Below are positions 9,793 through 18,566 of a stretch of DNA of 33,916 nt, piece by piece; position 1 is the first letter of the stretch; every line of letters begins with the position of its first letter. The stretch lies in IMG/VR virus record IMGVR_UViG_3300043464_001377; one strand, written 5' to 3'. Both the position numbers and the translations under genes were made by a program. The DNA comes from an uncultured virus (IMG/VR IMGVR_UViG_3300043464_001377). Lineage: Duplodnaviria; Heunggongvirae; Uroviricota; Caudoviricetes. Under the pieces are notes generated by a model that was not told where the DNA came from, searched no databases, and was given only the letters and a program-made list of their open reading frames with translations.

Positions 9793-10538
9793 AACTCAAA
9801 TTGATCGCCATCCCGCTACTCGCCGTCGCGATCGTCGCGATCGCTGGCACGATCGACCCACGCAAGGACGATGAACGGCACCGTGAGTACGGCGACAAGT
9901 TCAAGTGCGTCGCAAAACTCGTGTGCCGAAACATCAAGACCGACTGCGAGCAGACCGCCAGTTGCGTGATCATCTCGCCGAGGTTTGTGATCACAGCCGC
10001 GCATGTCGTCGCTGACTGCGACGGCTGGTTCGTGCTGTGCGACGACGGATCGAAGCGCGAGATCGCCGAGATCGTCTCGCATCCTGACTTCAAGCAGAAG
10101 AAACTCAGTGAAGGAGACTTGGCGATCGGGAGAGTCTCGGAGCCGTTCACGCTGGACTTCTACCCTGCCTTGCACGGGCTCAAGGACGAGCCTGGACGGG
10201 TCGCCGCCATCGCTGGCTACGGGCTGACGGGCACGTTCAAAACAGGCGCCGTGGTCTGCGACGGCAAAAAACGGGCAGGCTCCAACGTGGTCGACCGTGC
10301 CGACCGAGACCTACTGATCTGCTCCGTGGACTCGAACCGCAGGACAGAACTGGAGTTCCTGATCTCCCCGGGCGACTCAGGCGGCGGCCTGTTTCTCGGC
10401 AACGATCTCGCTGGCATCAACTCGTTTCTGATGGTCGCGGGACGGACGGCAACGGCAAAGATGGGCGAGGAGTCGGCCCACACGCGAATCAGTGCCCACA
10501 AAGAGTGGATCGAGGAGGTTCTCAATGCCCGCGAATGA
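9789..10538 (+). CDS. Secreted trypsin-like (S1) serine protease
   Basis: Signal peptide MKLKLIAIPLLAVAIVA; ITAAHV, GDLAIG, GDSGGG catalytic motifs. Confidence 0.88.
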   Translation: MKLKLIAIPLLAVAIVAIAGTIDPRKDDERHREYGDKFKCVAKLVCRNIKTDCEQTASCVIISPRFVITAAHVVADCDGWFVLCDDGSKREIAEIVSHPDFKQKKLSEGDLAIGRVSEPFTLDFYPALHGLKDEPGRVAAIAGYGLTGTFKTGAVVCDGKKRAGSNVVDRADRDLLICSVDSNRRTELEFLISPGDSGGGLFLGNDLAGINSFLMVAGRTATAKMGEESAHTRISAHKEWIEEVLNARE

Positions 10539-11010
10539 CCTTCTGTTCGACATCGCTCCGATCGAGGACGAGGACGGCAAGAAAAAGAAGTCCGCACGAA
10601 AGCGGCAGGCCGAGGAGCCTACGGCCCCCAAGGCCTGGGAGCCGCCGCCTGAGCCGCCCGCAGGGTTCATGCTCTCCATCGAGGGCCACGTCTCGTGCGA
10701 GAAGTGCGGACTGCAAGTCATCGACCTCGTCGAGGTCGTAAAGATCGGCGGCAAGCCGCAGTGGCGAGTCATGTGCGGCTGGTGGTGCATGACGACGTGG
10801 CTCATTGATCCCATTCCGGGCCTGCTCGACGAGGCCGACAAGTCGGCGAAGAAGTTCGTCCTTCGCGAGGGTCGCTTCGCTGGCAAGACGTTCGACGAAG
10901 TCTGGGACTCTGGCAACGAGTGGTACGTTCGCGATCTCGTGAAGATGGCGAAGCGAACGGTCGTGGCCGAAGCGGCGGCCGAGTGGCTGTCGAAAAAAAA
11001 GATTGACTGA
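10525..11010 (+). CDS. Zinc-ribbon protein with G(K/R)(Y/F)xGK-type small domain
   Basis: CEKC...CGWWC; LREGRFAGKTFDEV...WY. Confidence 0.55.
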   Translation: MPANDLLFDIAPIEDEDGKKKKSARKRQAEEPTAPKAWEPPPEPPAGFMLSIEGHVSCEKCGLQVIDLVEVVKIGGKPQWRVMCGWWCMTTWLIDPIPGLLDEADKSAKKFVLREGRFAGKTFDEVWDSGNEWYVRDLVKMAKRTVVAEAAAEWLSKKKID

Positions 11011-11030
11011 ACTGGTTGTACGGATACGCT
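10974..11030 (+). repeat. 57-bp direct repeat copy 1, containing a sigma70-like promoter
   Basis: 55/57 identical to 12250-12306; TTGACT-16 bp-TACGCT. Confidence 0.85.
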
Positions 11031-11062
11031 ACTCCCGCAAAATCGATCTCAAGGAGGGAAAA

Positions 11063-12109
11063 ATGAGCCACAGACTGAATACCGGAGACTGCATTGCTTG
11101 GCTTCGGACTCTGCCAGAATCGAGCGTCCACTGCTGCGTGACTTCGCCGCCGTACTGGGGCCTGCGTGACTACGGACACGACGGACAGTTTGGTCTTGAG
11201 GCCACACCGGAAGCCTACGTCGCCCGCATGGTGGAGGTGTTCCGCGAGGTGCGGCGAGTGCTTCGTGATGATGGGACTTGCTGGGTGAATCTTGGCGACT
11301 CGTACTACGCCGGAGGGTGGGAGTGCAGGAGAGTAAACGCCGTTGGAAATGGAAGTATGCCGCCAGAGCAGAGAAAAAGCGGCATTGCTACCAAGATCGA
11401 CGGACTGAAGGCCAAAGACCTCGTCGGCATCCCATGGCGAGTCGCCTTAGCCTTGCAGGCTGACGGCTGGTGGCTGCGGCAGGACATCATTTGGCACAAG
11501 CCGAACCCGATGCCAGAGAGCGTGCGAGACCGCTGCACGAAAGCGCATGAATACGTTTTCCTGCTCACCAAGAGCGACAAGTATTTCTATGACGCCGATG
11601 CGGTGAGCGAGGCGAGCGTCGAGATGTCTCGTCCGCAGTCAGAGAAGAGGCGATTGCAGCGAATGAACCGAGGCGTTGTCACGGCGGGCCGATTCGGACA
11701 AACAAGCAAGGGCGTCGATTCCGGAGAGGAGCCAACGCATGTGATGCGATCCGGAGAAAGACGCAACCGCCGCTCCGTCTGGACCGTCACGACGAAGCCG
11801 TTCCGAGGAGCGCATTTTGCCGTGATGCCTCCGGACCTAGCCGAGTTGTGCATCAAGGCTGGCACAAGCGAAGAGGGGTGCTGCGATCGGTGCGGCGACC
11901 CGTGGAGCAAAGACAAGAAGTGCCGATGCGAAGGAAGTTCTCCGACGCCATGCACCGTTATGGACCCGTTCGCAGGCTCCGGCACGACGATGGCGGTTGC
12001 CGCAAGTCTTGGCCGCAGCAGTGTGGGGTGCGAACTCAATCCCGAGTACATCAAGATCGCGCAGGCGAGGATCGGTGCTGCCGTCGAAAAGGCCGGGCTT
12101 TTTGCATGA
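11063..12109 (+). CDS. Site-specific DNA methyltransferase, N4-C/N6-A, beta class
   Basis: TSPPYW catalytic motif precedes DPFAGSGTT SAM-binding motif; AAGGAGG SD. Confidence 0.93.
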   Translation: MSHRLNTGDCIAWLRTLPESSVHCCVTSPPYWGLRDYGHDGQFGLEATPEAYVARMVEVFREVRRVLRDDGTCWVNLGDSYYAGGWECRRVNAVGNGSMPPEQRKSGIATKIDGLKAKDLVGIPWRVALALQADGWWLRQDIIWHKPNPMPESVRDRCTKAHEYVFLLTKSDKYFYDADAVSEASVEMSRPQSEKRRLQRMNRGVVTAGRFGQTSKGVDSGEEPTHVMRSGERRNRRSVWTVTTKPFRGAHFAVMPPDLAELCIKAGTSEEGCCDRCGDPWSKDKKCRCEGSSPTPCTVMDPFAGSGTTMAVAASLGRSSVGCELNPEYIKIAQARIGAAVEKAGLFA

Positions 12110-12282
12110 GCATCCTCGAAGAACTCCGCGAAGCACACCCCGAGGCCCTGCTGGCTGACGGGCTCGAAGACGCACTCATCGGCTACACGATCAACACGCA
12201 CGTCGCGGTCTACTCCGCGCAGAAGTGTGTCGAGGTACTCGTGCGGCGAGGCGGCCGAGTGGCTGTCGAAAAAAAGGATTGA
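12106..12282 (+). pseudogene. Truncated paralog of 14490..14747
   Basis: PEALLADGLEDALIGYT..HVAVYSAQKC matches the 14490 ORF, then breaks off at the direct repeat. Confidence 0.7.
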
Positions 12283-12306
12283 CTGAACGGGTTGTACGGA
12301 TACGCT
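12250..12306 (+). repeat. 57-bp direct repeat copy 2, containing a sigma70-like promoter
   Basis: Near-identical to 10974-11030. Confidence 0.85.
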
Positions 12307-12424
12307 TCTTGCCATGTGGCCCTGGAGCAGGAACGCCATTGTCTTGGAACTCCGCAGGATCGCGTTTCGGATGCGCCGTCCCTATGCGGTGCGCATAACC
12401 CTCATCCGAAAGGAAAGTGGATTT

Positions 12425-12718
12425 ATGGCCCTTGTCTATTCAGTCACGGCAGCCCCCGTCGTCGACTCTGACGTTTTCGCTCGCCGCTTGGTCGTTACGG
12501 TAAACGGCGAGAACGTAAGCAGCACTGACCACCCCGCCGAGGTGACGTCGTTCGGCGAAGTGGCCGTGCCGCAGGATTCGCAAGTAGTCCTGACGCTCGT
12601 CGACATTGACGATGCGGGCAACTCTAGCGAGCCGTCGGTTGTCGAGTTCACGGCTACGGACACGATCGCTCCTGCGAAGCCAGGGTCGTTCGGCGTCACT
12701 CTTGTTCGCGAAGAGTAA
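12425..12718 (+). CDS. Small Ig-like/beta-sandwich protein (alternative start 12314)
   Basis: LVDIDDAGNSS...DTIAPAKP is typical of bacterial Ig-like repeats. Confidence 0.55.
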   Translation: MALVYSVTAAPVVDSDVFARRLVVTVNGENVSSTDHPAEVTSFGEVAVPQDSQVVLTLVDIDDAGNSSEPSVVEFTATDTIAPAKPGSFGVTLVREE

Positions 12719-12739
12719 GCCTCTCGCGGGGGGCAAAAA

Positions 12740-13684
12740 ATGATGCACGACATCATTCACGGCGACGCAACGGACGTCCTCTGCGGCATGGATGCCCAGA
12801 GCGTCCATTGCGTTGTCACGAGCCCGCCGTACTACGCCCAGCGGTCGTACCTGGGCGAGACGGACCCGCTCAAGCCGCAGGAGATCGGCCTCAAAGGCGG
12901 CGAGTACATCGCGGACCTCGTGGCCGTGTTCCACGAGGTCAAGCGGGTGCTTCGCGACGACGGCACGCTGTGGCTGAATCTCGGCGACGTCTACGAGAAC
13001 GGCGAACTGCTCGGCCTGCCGTGGATGGTCGCCCGTTTGCTCCAGTCGGACGGCTGGATGCTTCGCCAGGACATCGTGTGGGCCAAGCCGAGCCCGATGC
13101 CCGAGAGCGTCTCTGACCGCTGCACACGGGCCCACGAGTACGTGTTCATGTTCACCAAGTCTCGCGACTACTTCTACGACGCCGAGGCGATCAAAGAAGA
13201 GTCTGGCTCGTCGCCGACGGGCAAGAACCGCCGCAGCGTCTGGCGGATCGCGTCGACGCCGTACGCCGGGGCCCACTTCGCCACGATGCCGACGACCCTG
13301 GCGGAACTGTGCATCCAGGCTGGCACGAGCGAGTACGGTGCCTGCTCGTCCTGCGGGACTCCGTACGAGCGGCAGATCGAGAAGCGGAAGATCACTCGCA
13401 AGCGGCCAAACCAGTACGTGAAGCGAACGGGCTCGAAGGGCACGGGCAACTCGTGCGCCAACACGGTGGCTGGCGTCGAGACCAAGACCATCGGCTGGAG
13501 CCCTGACTGCTCGTGCGTGGCGTGGGTCCAGCCGTGCGTCGTGCTTGATCCGTTCGCCGGAAGCGGCACGACGCTGGCCGTGGCTAAGGAACTTGGCCGC
13601 AGCGGTGTGGGCATCGAACTCAACGCTGAGTACGTGGAGTTGGCGAGGAAGAGGGTAGCCCAGACTTCCGAGAGGATGCCATGA
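12740..13684 (+). CDS. Second DNA methyltransferase, N4-C/N6-A, beta class
   Basis: TSPPYY, LRQDIVWAKP.PMPESV.DRCT, DPFAGSGTT; paralog of 11063. Confidence 0.93.
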   Translation: MMHDIIHGDATDVLCGMDAQSVHCVVTSPPYYAQRSYLGETDPLKPQEIGLKGGEYIADLVAVFHEVKRVLRDDGTLWLNLGDVYENGELLGLPWMVARLLQSDGWMLRQDIVWAKPSPMPESVSDRCTRAHEYVFMFTKSRDYFYDAEAIKEESGSSPTGKNRRSVWRIASTPYAGAHFATMPTTLAELCIQAGTSEYGACSSCGTPYERQIEKRKITRKRPNQYVKRTGSKGTGNSCANTVAGVETKTIGWSPDCSCVAWVQPCVVLDPFAGSGTTLAVAKELGRSGVGIELNAEYVELARKRVAQTSERMP

Positions 13685-13980
13685 GCGGCACATCAACATC
13701 ACAGTCTGATGGACTGAAGCAGAGGTGGTGGAACTGGCATCGAGAGAATCCCCATGTATATGCGCTTTTCGAGAGATTTACCTTTGAGGCTATTCGCCTA
13801 GGGCACAAAAGACTGAGTGCTTGGCTGATCGTAAACAGAATCCGATGGGAGACGTCTGTTGTCACAAGCGGCGGGGACTTCAAGATCAGCAACGACTTCA
13901 TCGCATATTACGCGAGGCTGTTCATGCACAACCATCCTCAGTACTTGGGGTTTTTCAAAACCAAGGCACTAAAACGCTGA
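13681..13980 (+). CDS. Conserved phage hypothetical protein
   Basis: HRENPHVY, RIRWE, FKISNDFIAYYARLF; ATGA coupling. Confidence 0.65.
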   Translation: MSGTSTSQSDGLKQRWWNWHRENPHVYALFERFTFEAIRLGHKRLSAWLIVNRIRWETSVVTSGGDFKISNDFIAYYARLFMHNHPQYLGFFKTKALKR

Positions 13981-13992
13981 CTTGGAATCAAC

Positions 13993-14493
13993 ATGAACCC
14001 CATCATCACGCTCACACCCTGGGAGTACGAGCGAGCCTTCGCCGTGGGCATCGGCCGCTTCACGGCAAACTGGGGCGTCGGTGACGCTGAGTACTACGAC
14101 CGTAGCCTCATGGAAGAGGACCGAAACGCCCAGCCTGCCGCAGCGATCTGCGAACTCGCCGTTTCCAAGTACACCGGCAAGTACTGGCACGCTGGCGTTT
14201 GGAGCCGTGGAGACCACTCCAAGTACAAGCATCTGGCAGACGTCGGCGACGACATCGAGGTCCGCCGCGTACGGACAAGAAACGCCGTCAAGGTCCGCAG
14301 CAAGGACGCCGGGAAGATCGTGTGGGCCGCCAGGACGGCCGACTCCGAGTACAAGACCGTCGAGATTCTCGGATTCATCTCGGCTGACGAGGTCATCAAG
14401 TCTCTCGTCGGCACGTATCAGTCAGAGAAGTACGTGGAACTCGACTGCCTGTGCCGTCCGTGGATCGGCGTCGATGAGGTGATCTCCGCATGA
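13993..14493 (+). CDS. Phage hypothetical protein, possibly nuclease-like
   Basis: CELAVSK...ADVGDDIEVR pattern; operon position. Confidence 0.55.
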   Translation: MNPIITLTPWEYERAFAVGIGRFTANWGVGDAEYYDRSLMEEDRNAQPAAAICELAVSKYTGKYWHAGVWSRGDHSKYKHLADVGDDIEVRRVRTRNAVKVRSKDAGKIVWAARTADSEYKTVEILGFISADEVIKSLVGTYQSEKYVELDCLCRPWIGVDEVISA

Positions 14494-14747
14494 CCAGCGA
14501 CGACATCATCGAGACCCTGTCGGACCTGAATCCCGAGGCCCTACTCGCCGACGGATTCGAGCAGGCCCTGGTCGGCTACACGGCCAACTACCACCACCCA
14601 CACGTCGCCGTGTACAGCGCGAAGAAGTGCATCGCGATCCTCGTCAAGCGTGACGGCATGACCGAGGACGAGGCCGAGGAGTTCTTCTCCCTCAACACGC
14701 TCGGCGCCTATGTCGGCGAGAGCGGCCCGCTGTTCGCTTGGATGTGA
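14490..14747 (+). CDS. Conserved small phage protein (ADGFE.ALVG family)
   Basis: LADGFEQALVG, VAVYS..KC, EAEEFF..NTLGAYVG. Confidence 0.7.
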   Translation: MTSDDIIETLSDLNPEALLADGFEQALVGYTANYHHPHVAVYSAKKCIAILVKRDGMTEDEAEEFFSLNTLGAYVGESGPLFAWM

Positions 14748-14784
14748 GTCATTCGCGGAGGGGAAACCCGCGAGAGACTGTTTC

Positions 14785-15303
14785 GTGCCTTGGATCGTGT
14801 ACGAGACCCGCTGCTTGGTCAGCGGAAAAATCTACATCGGCGTCCACAAGCAGGACGGCGACGAGTTCGACGGATACCTCGGCAGCGGAACGCTGATCAC
14901 AGCCGCTGTCGAGAAGCACGGACGGGATAACTTCCGTAGACAGACTCTCTTCGCGTTTGAGTCTGAACGAGATGCCTACGCCAAAGAGGCAGAACTCGTG
15001 GGCCGGGAGTGGGTCGATTCGACGTGGACATACAACATCAAAGAGGGCGGCATAGGGGGCGTCGGCTTCTCGATGCCAGAGGAGGCTCGCGAGAAAATCC
15101 GAGAGTACAGAACGGGAAGGCCGCACAGCGAAGAGACGAAGGAGAAGATTCGCCAGCATCGGGCCAAGATCGCGTTTCGCCACACTTCGGAGTCTCGGGC
15201 AAAGATGTCGGCCTCCAGAAAGGGCATTCCCCATTCAGAAGAGCGAAAGCAGAGGATCAGCGATGGCATGAAGCGGTCTTGGCAACTGCGGAGGGCTCCG
15301 TAG
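14785..15303 (+). CDS. GIY-YIG homing endonuclease with NUMOD3 repeats
   Basis: IVY...GKIYIG, YLGSG, YNI..GG; three H(S/T)xEx(K/R)xx(I/M) NUMOD3-like repeats. Confidence 0.88.
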   Translation: MPWIVYETRCLVSGKIYIGVHKQDGDEFDGYLGSGTLITAAVEKHGRDNFRRQTLFAFESERDAYAKEAELVGREWVDSTWTYNIKEGGIGGVGFSMPEEAREKIREYRTGRPHSEETKEKIRQHRAKIAFRHTSESRAKMSASRKGIPHSEERKQRISDGMKRSWQLRRAP

Positions 15304-15305
15304 CC

Positions 15306-15596
15306 ATGCCACTAGAGACAACGATCACCAAGTCCATCGTCAAGTCCGCCAAGGCCAGCGGCTGGTGGACGTTCAAGATCGCCGGAGGTGCGTTCCAGCG
15401 GGCCGGTGTTCCGGACTTGCTCTGCATCAAGGGCGGACGGGCTGTGTTTTTAGAGGTCAAACAGCCTGGCAAGAAGCCGACGCCGCTTCAGCAGCACGTC
15501 ATGCAAGAGATTCGTGAACAAGGCGGCGCAGTTGCCGAAGTTGTCACGAGCAAAGAACAAGCCCAGAAGGTGCTAGACGCAGCATGGGAAGCATAA
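15306..15596 (+). CDS. VRR-NUC domain nuclease
   Basis: LETTI, GVPDL, FLEVKQPGKKPTPLQ. Confidence 0.9.
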   Translation: MPLETTITKSIVKSAKASGWWTFKIAGGAFQRAGVPDLLCIKGGRAVFLEVKQPGKKPTPLQQHVMQEIREQGGAVAEVVTSKEQAQKVLDAAWEA

Positions 15597-15710
15597 CTTC
15601 ACGAAAAAACTGGCCTCCAGAGCCAGAGAAGCCGTCGCCGAAGCCTGTCTACGAGTTGGTTCTCGTGGACGGCGTTTGGCGGAAAGTCCTCAAACCCAAG
15701 GGAAGAAGAG

Positions 15711-15986
15711 ATGATCGCCGCCAGAAGGCCGGAAGACGGTAGCGTGTACCGCGAGTTGCTGATCGTCAACCCAAACGCCCTCGTCGCCAAGGGTATTTCG
15801 GAGGCCTACATCGGCCACTCGTCTGGCGCCAGGCCGGTCGCCGTCTACGACTACGAGACATGCGTCGCAGTTGTCATGGCCGACAAGAGCATGTCCTACG
15901 AGCAGGCCGTTGACTATCTCAGCGAACGCATCGTGCCAGACTTCGTTGGACAAGACTTGCCGATCTTCGTGGTCGCGACGAACTAA
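15711..15986 (+). CDS. Divergent paralog of 14490..14747
   Basis: NPNALVAKGISEAYIG..VAVYD..C..MSYEQAVDY...FVG..PIF aligns to that family. Confidence 0.6.
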   Translation: MIAARRPEDGSVYRELLIVNPNALVAKGISEAYIGHSSGARPVAVYDYETCVAVVMADKSMSYEQAVDYLSERIVPDFVGQDLPIFVVATN

Positions 15987-16010
15987 AAAACTCCATTGAC
16001 ACAGAGAAGT

Positions 16011-16418
16011 ATGGAAGCCATAACCACCACCGTTGGAATGCTCGCAGACCTCGATGCAAGAACGATCGTCGCGAGCCTGACCAAGCACGGAAGCGAGTTT
16101 CAGCGAGAGGTTCAAAGTCGACGCGGGTCGACGACACCGATCGCGATTGTGCGGGACGGATCATGGAGGATCGTGTCGTGGGCAGCAACGCACGAGTGGC
16201 GGTCGCAGCAAACCCTCGAAGGGTTTACGCTCGACTCGCATCGCCGTCGCGGGCTCTCTCGCGTGGCCGCCGCGATGCTGGTCGCGGACGGCTCGATCAA
16301 CCCGCAACTGCCGCTGGCTGTGTTCGCGCCGCACTGCGTCGAGATTGCACGCAGCGTTGGGTGCCGGGACGTTCGCCTCTACGAACGTCGCGGTGACGGA
16401 TGGTTCCTAAACTCGTAA
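16011..16418 (+). CDS. GNAT-like acetyltransferase
   Basis: FTLDSHRRRGLSR resembles acetyl-CoA motif A. Confidence 0.55.
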   Translation: MEAITTTVGMLADLDARTIVASLTKHGSEFQREVQSRRGSTTPIAIVRDGSWRIVSWAATHEWRSQQTLEGFTLDSHRRRGLSRVAAAMLVADGSINPQLPLAVFAPHCVEIARSVGCRDVRLYERRGDGWFLNS

Positions 16419-16432
16419 CGTGAGGCATTTGT

Positions 16433-16861
16433 ATGGACACGAGAACCGCGATCTTCATCATCCTGACCATGCTCGCCGCGTCGGCCGCCGCCGCCGAGCC
16501 GACCCCGGCCGACGGGACATGCAGCGTCCTCACTGCTGGCGAGGCGCAGGTCGTCGAGAAGACTAACGAAGCACGCATCGAGAGCGGGGTGCATGAACTC
16601 GTCGTCGACTGCCGCCTCATGTCGTCGGCACGTCGGCACGCACGACGGATGGCTCGCGAAATGGCGCTGCGGCACAGCAGCGACCGCGTCGCCGAGAACG
16701 TCGCCGCCGGTCAGCCGACGGCGGCTGATGCCGTTGTGGTCTGGCTCGCGTCGCCAGGGCACCGCGCAAACATTCTGAACCATGGCTACCGACGTGTCGG
16801 CGTGGCCGGGTTCATCGGACCTGACGGACGAGCGTACTGGGTGCAGCAGTTCGCTCCGTGA
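16433..16861 (+). CDS. Secreted CAP/SCP domain protein
   Basis: Signal peptide; N.AR, ARRHA..MA...H, AENVAAG, WLASPGHRANIL, YWVQQF. Confidence 0.9.
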   Translation: MDTRTAIFIILTMLAASAAAAEPTPADGTCSVLTAGEAQVVEKTNEARIESGVHELVVDCRLMSSARRHARRMAREMALRHSSDRVAENVAAGQPTAADAVVVWLASPGHRANILNHGYRRVGVAGFIGPDGRAYWVQQFAP

Positions 16862-16962
16862 CAAGCCCCTCCGGTGGTCCCGCCCGGCGAGCCAGGCTCT
16901 GCCGAACTCGCCGGGTGGGCCATTTGACCGACATCACCCATCAAAGCAAAGGAGAGCCGACG

Positions 16963-17301
16963 ATGATTGACAAGGACAAACTCGCCGAAGTCTGGACGAC
17001 CATGAAGGTCAACGACATCGCAGAGAAGTACGAGATGACCGCGCAGTCTGTCTATGCGCTCGCTCGCCGCTGCGGCCTGCCGAGCAGGCTCGACCTCGCC
17101 GGATTGAATGACGGCCCCGGCGAGGACGATCCCACTCCTGAGCAGATCGAAGAGCGGACTAAAGCCATTCGCGAGTCTTGGCCCGACGGTGAACACGAGC
17201 GTCGAGCGTCGTATCAGCGTCGTGTTCGCTACGAGTTTCCACGCATCGAGACGTCAGCCTTCTTCGGAACGGCCGAGGCTGCGTCGTACTCAAGGATATA
17301 G
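16963..17301 (+). CDS. HTH (GcrA-like) protein, paralog of 19441
   Basis: W.TMKVNDIAEKY...ARRCGLP; AAAGGAG SD. Confidence 0.55.
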   Translation: MIDKDKLAEVWTTMKVNDIAEKYEMTAQSVYALARRCGLPSRLDLAGLNDGPGEDDPTPEQIEERTKAIRESWPDGEHERRASYQRRVRYEFPRIETSAFFGTAEAASYSRI

Positions 17302-17304
17302 CCT

Positions 17305-17904
17305 GTGCCCATCGAAGAGACTTGGCTCGTTGATCCAGTCGGGTGCGCGATCGCGAAACTCCCTGGGCGAAAACTCGCCCTCGACATCGGCGCAAACCGA
17401 GGAGACTGGTCTCGCGAATTGGCTTTTGCGTTTGATCGCGTGATTGCCGTCGAGCCTGACGAACGGAATCCGCTGGCCCAGAACGTGGCCGGAAACGTCG
17501 AGGTCGTGACGGCAGCGGCCTGGAAGTCAGACGGCTTCGTGACTCTCTACATGCGGCCGAGCCCAGACCAGAACTCGCTTCTGGAGACGCACCCCATCGG
17601 CGCGGGTGAGTGTAGCCCCGCGCCGGTGATCGAGCATCGCCTCGTGCCGTGCCGAACGCTGGATAGCATCGCCCCTGGTGGGGCTGACTTCGTGAAGATC
17701 GACGTGGAGGGAGCCGAGGCCGACATTCTGTCGGCGTGCAGTCGAGAGGGGAACTGGTCTCGAACACTGTTCGTGGTCGAGTGCCACGACATGTTCGACT
17801 CCGTGAAGGCCGAGTTGACGTCGCTCGGCAAGTCCGTGCTGCGGGTGCCTCACCCGTCGCCCACGGCGCACCCTGGTCACTGTTGGGCAATCGGCACTCC
17901 GTGA
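17305..17904 (+). CDS. FkbM-family methyltransferase
   Basis: LDIGANRG, IAVEP, RTLDS, FVKIDVEGAE, VECH. Confidence 0.88.
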   Translation: MPIEETWLVDPVGCAIAKLPGRKLALDIGANRGDWSRELAFAFDRVIAVEPDERNPLAQNVAGNVEVVTAAAWKSDGFVTLYMRPSPDQNSLLETHPIGAGECSPAPVIEHRLVPCRTLDSIAPGGADFVKIDVEGAEADILSACSREGNWSRTLFVVECHDMFDSVKAELTSLGKSVLRVPHPSPTAHPGHCWAIGTP

Positions 17905-18566
17905 TTCTACTTTCGCAGTGGTACGAGCCCGCAAACGCCAGGCGTCGCGATGAACTGGCGTCCGCGAGGGGGCGGAACGAGTCGAGCGGCGTGTTCGAGA
18001 AGTGCGCGTACGTAGACGGCACGTCTCAGAACTGGACATACGGCGACTTCTTCTCGCTGGCCGCGTCGCGGTTCTCAGGCCGCGTCTGCGTGATCGCCAA
18101 CACAGACATCGTCTTCGACGACACAGCGAGCCTGCTTCCGGACCTCTGCCATCGCGGGCGGCTCATTGCCCTGACTCGCTGGGAGTCCTATTCGTCGCCC
18201 CGCATGCTCGGGCACTTCGCCGGAGAGCGGTTCTTCTCGGGGTCGCAGGACGCCTGGGCGTTCGTCGGCGGCGAACTGACGTCTCTCGGCAAGGACGTGC
18301 CGCTGGGTCGCATCGGCTGCGACAACTGCATCGCCGGTGAAGCGTGTCTGGCGGGGTTCGAGGTCGTCAATCCGTCGCTCGACATCGTGTCGCTCCACAT
18401 TCACGCCAGCGGGGATCGCGGTGAGCAGAGTCCCGTGTATGGCCGATACGGATACCCGGAACTCTGCTCGTCGTTTCCAAGCGGCCTCGTGCTGTGCCAC
18501 GACTGGCGGCCCGGCTCCAGCATGAGTCTCGTGCAAGCATCCTTGGTTGAAACATGCCAACCGTAA
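17901..18566 (+). CDS. GT-A-fold glycosyltransferase-like protein
   Basis: VIANTDIVFD, ALTRWE, SQDAW, LG..GCDN. Confidence 0.6.
   Translation: MILLSQWYEPANARRRDELASARGRNESSGVFEKCAYVDGTSQNWTYGDFFSLAASRFSGRVCVIANTDIVFDDTASLLPDLCHRGRLIALTRWESYSSPRMLGHFAGERFFSGSQDAWAFVGGELTSLGKDVPLGRIGCDNCIAGEACLAGFEVVNPSLDIVSLHIHASGDRGEQSPVYGRYGYPELCSSFPSGLVLCHDWRPGSSMSLVQASLVETCQP

Noticed and set aside
12440..13702. Long minus-strand ORFs (also 8512-9486, 1062-1982, 17159-18022)
   Set aside because: These are antisense shadows of well-supported + strand genes in GC-rich DNA, with no recognisable motifs.
14750..15305. Group I intron around the GIY-YIG gene
   Set aside because: Flanking genes are intact and unrelated, and intergenic space is too short. 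It is a free-standing endonuclease.
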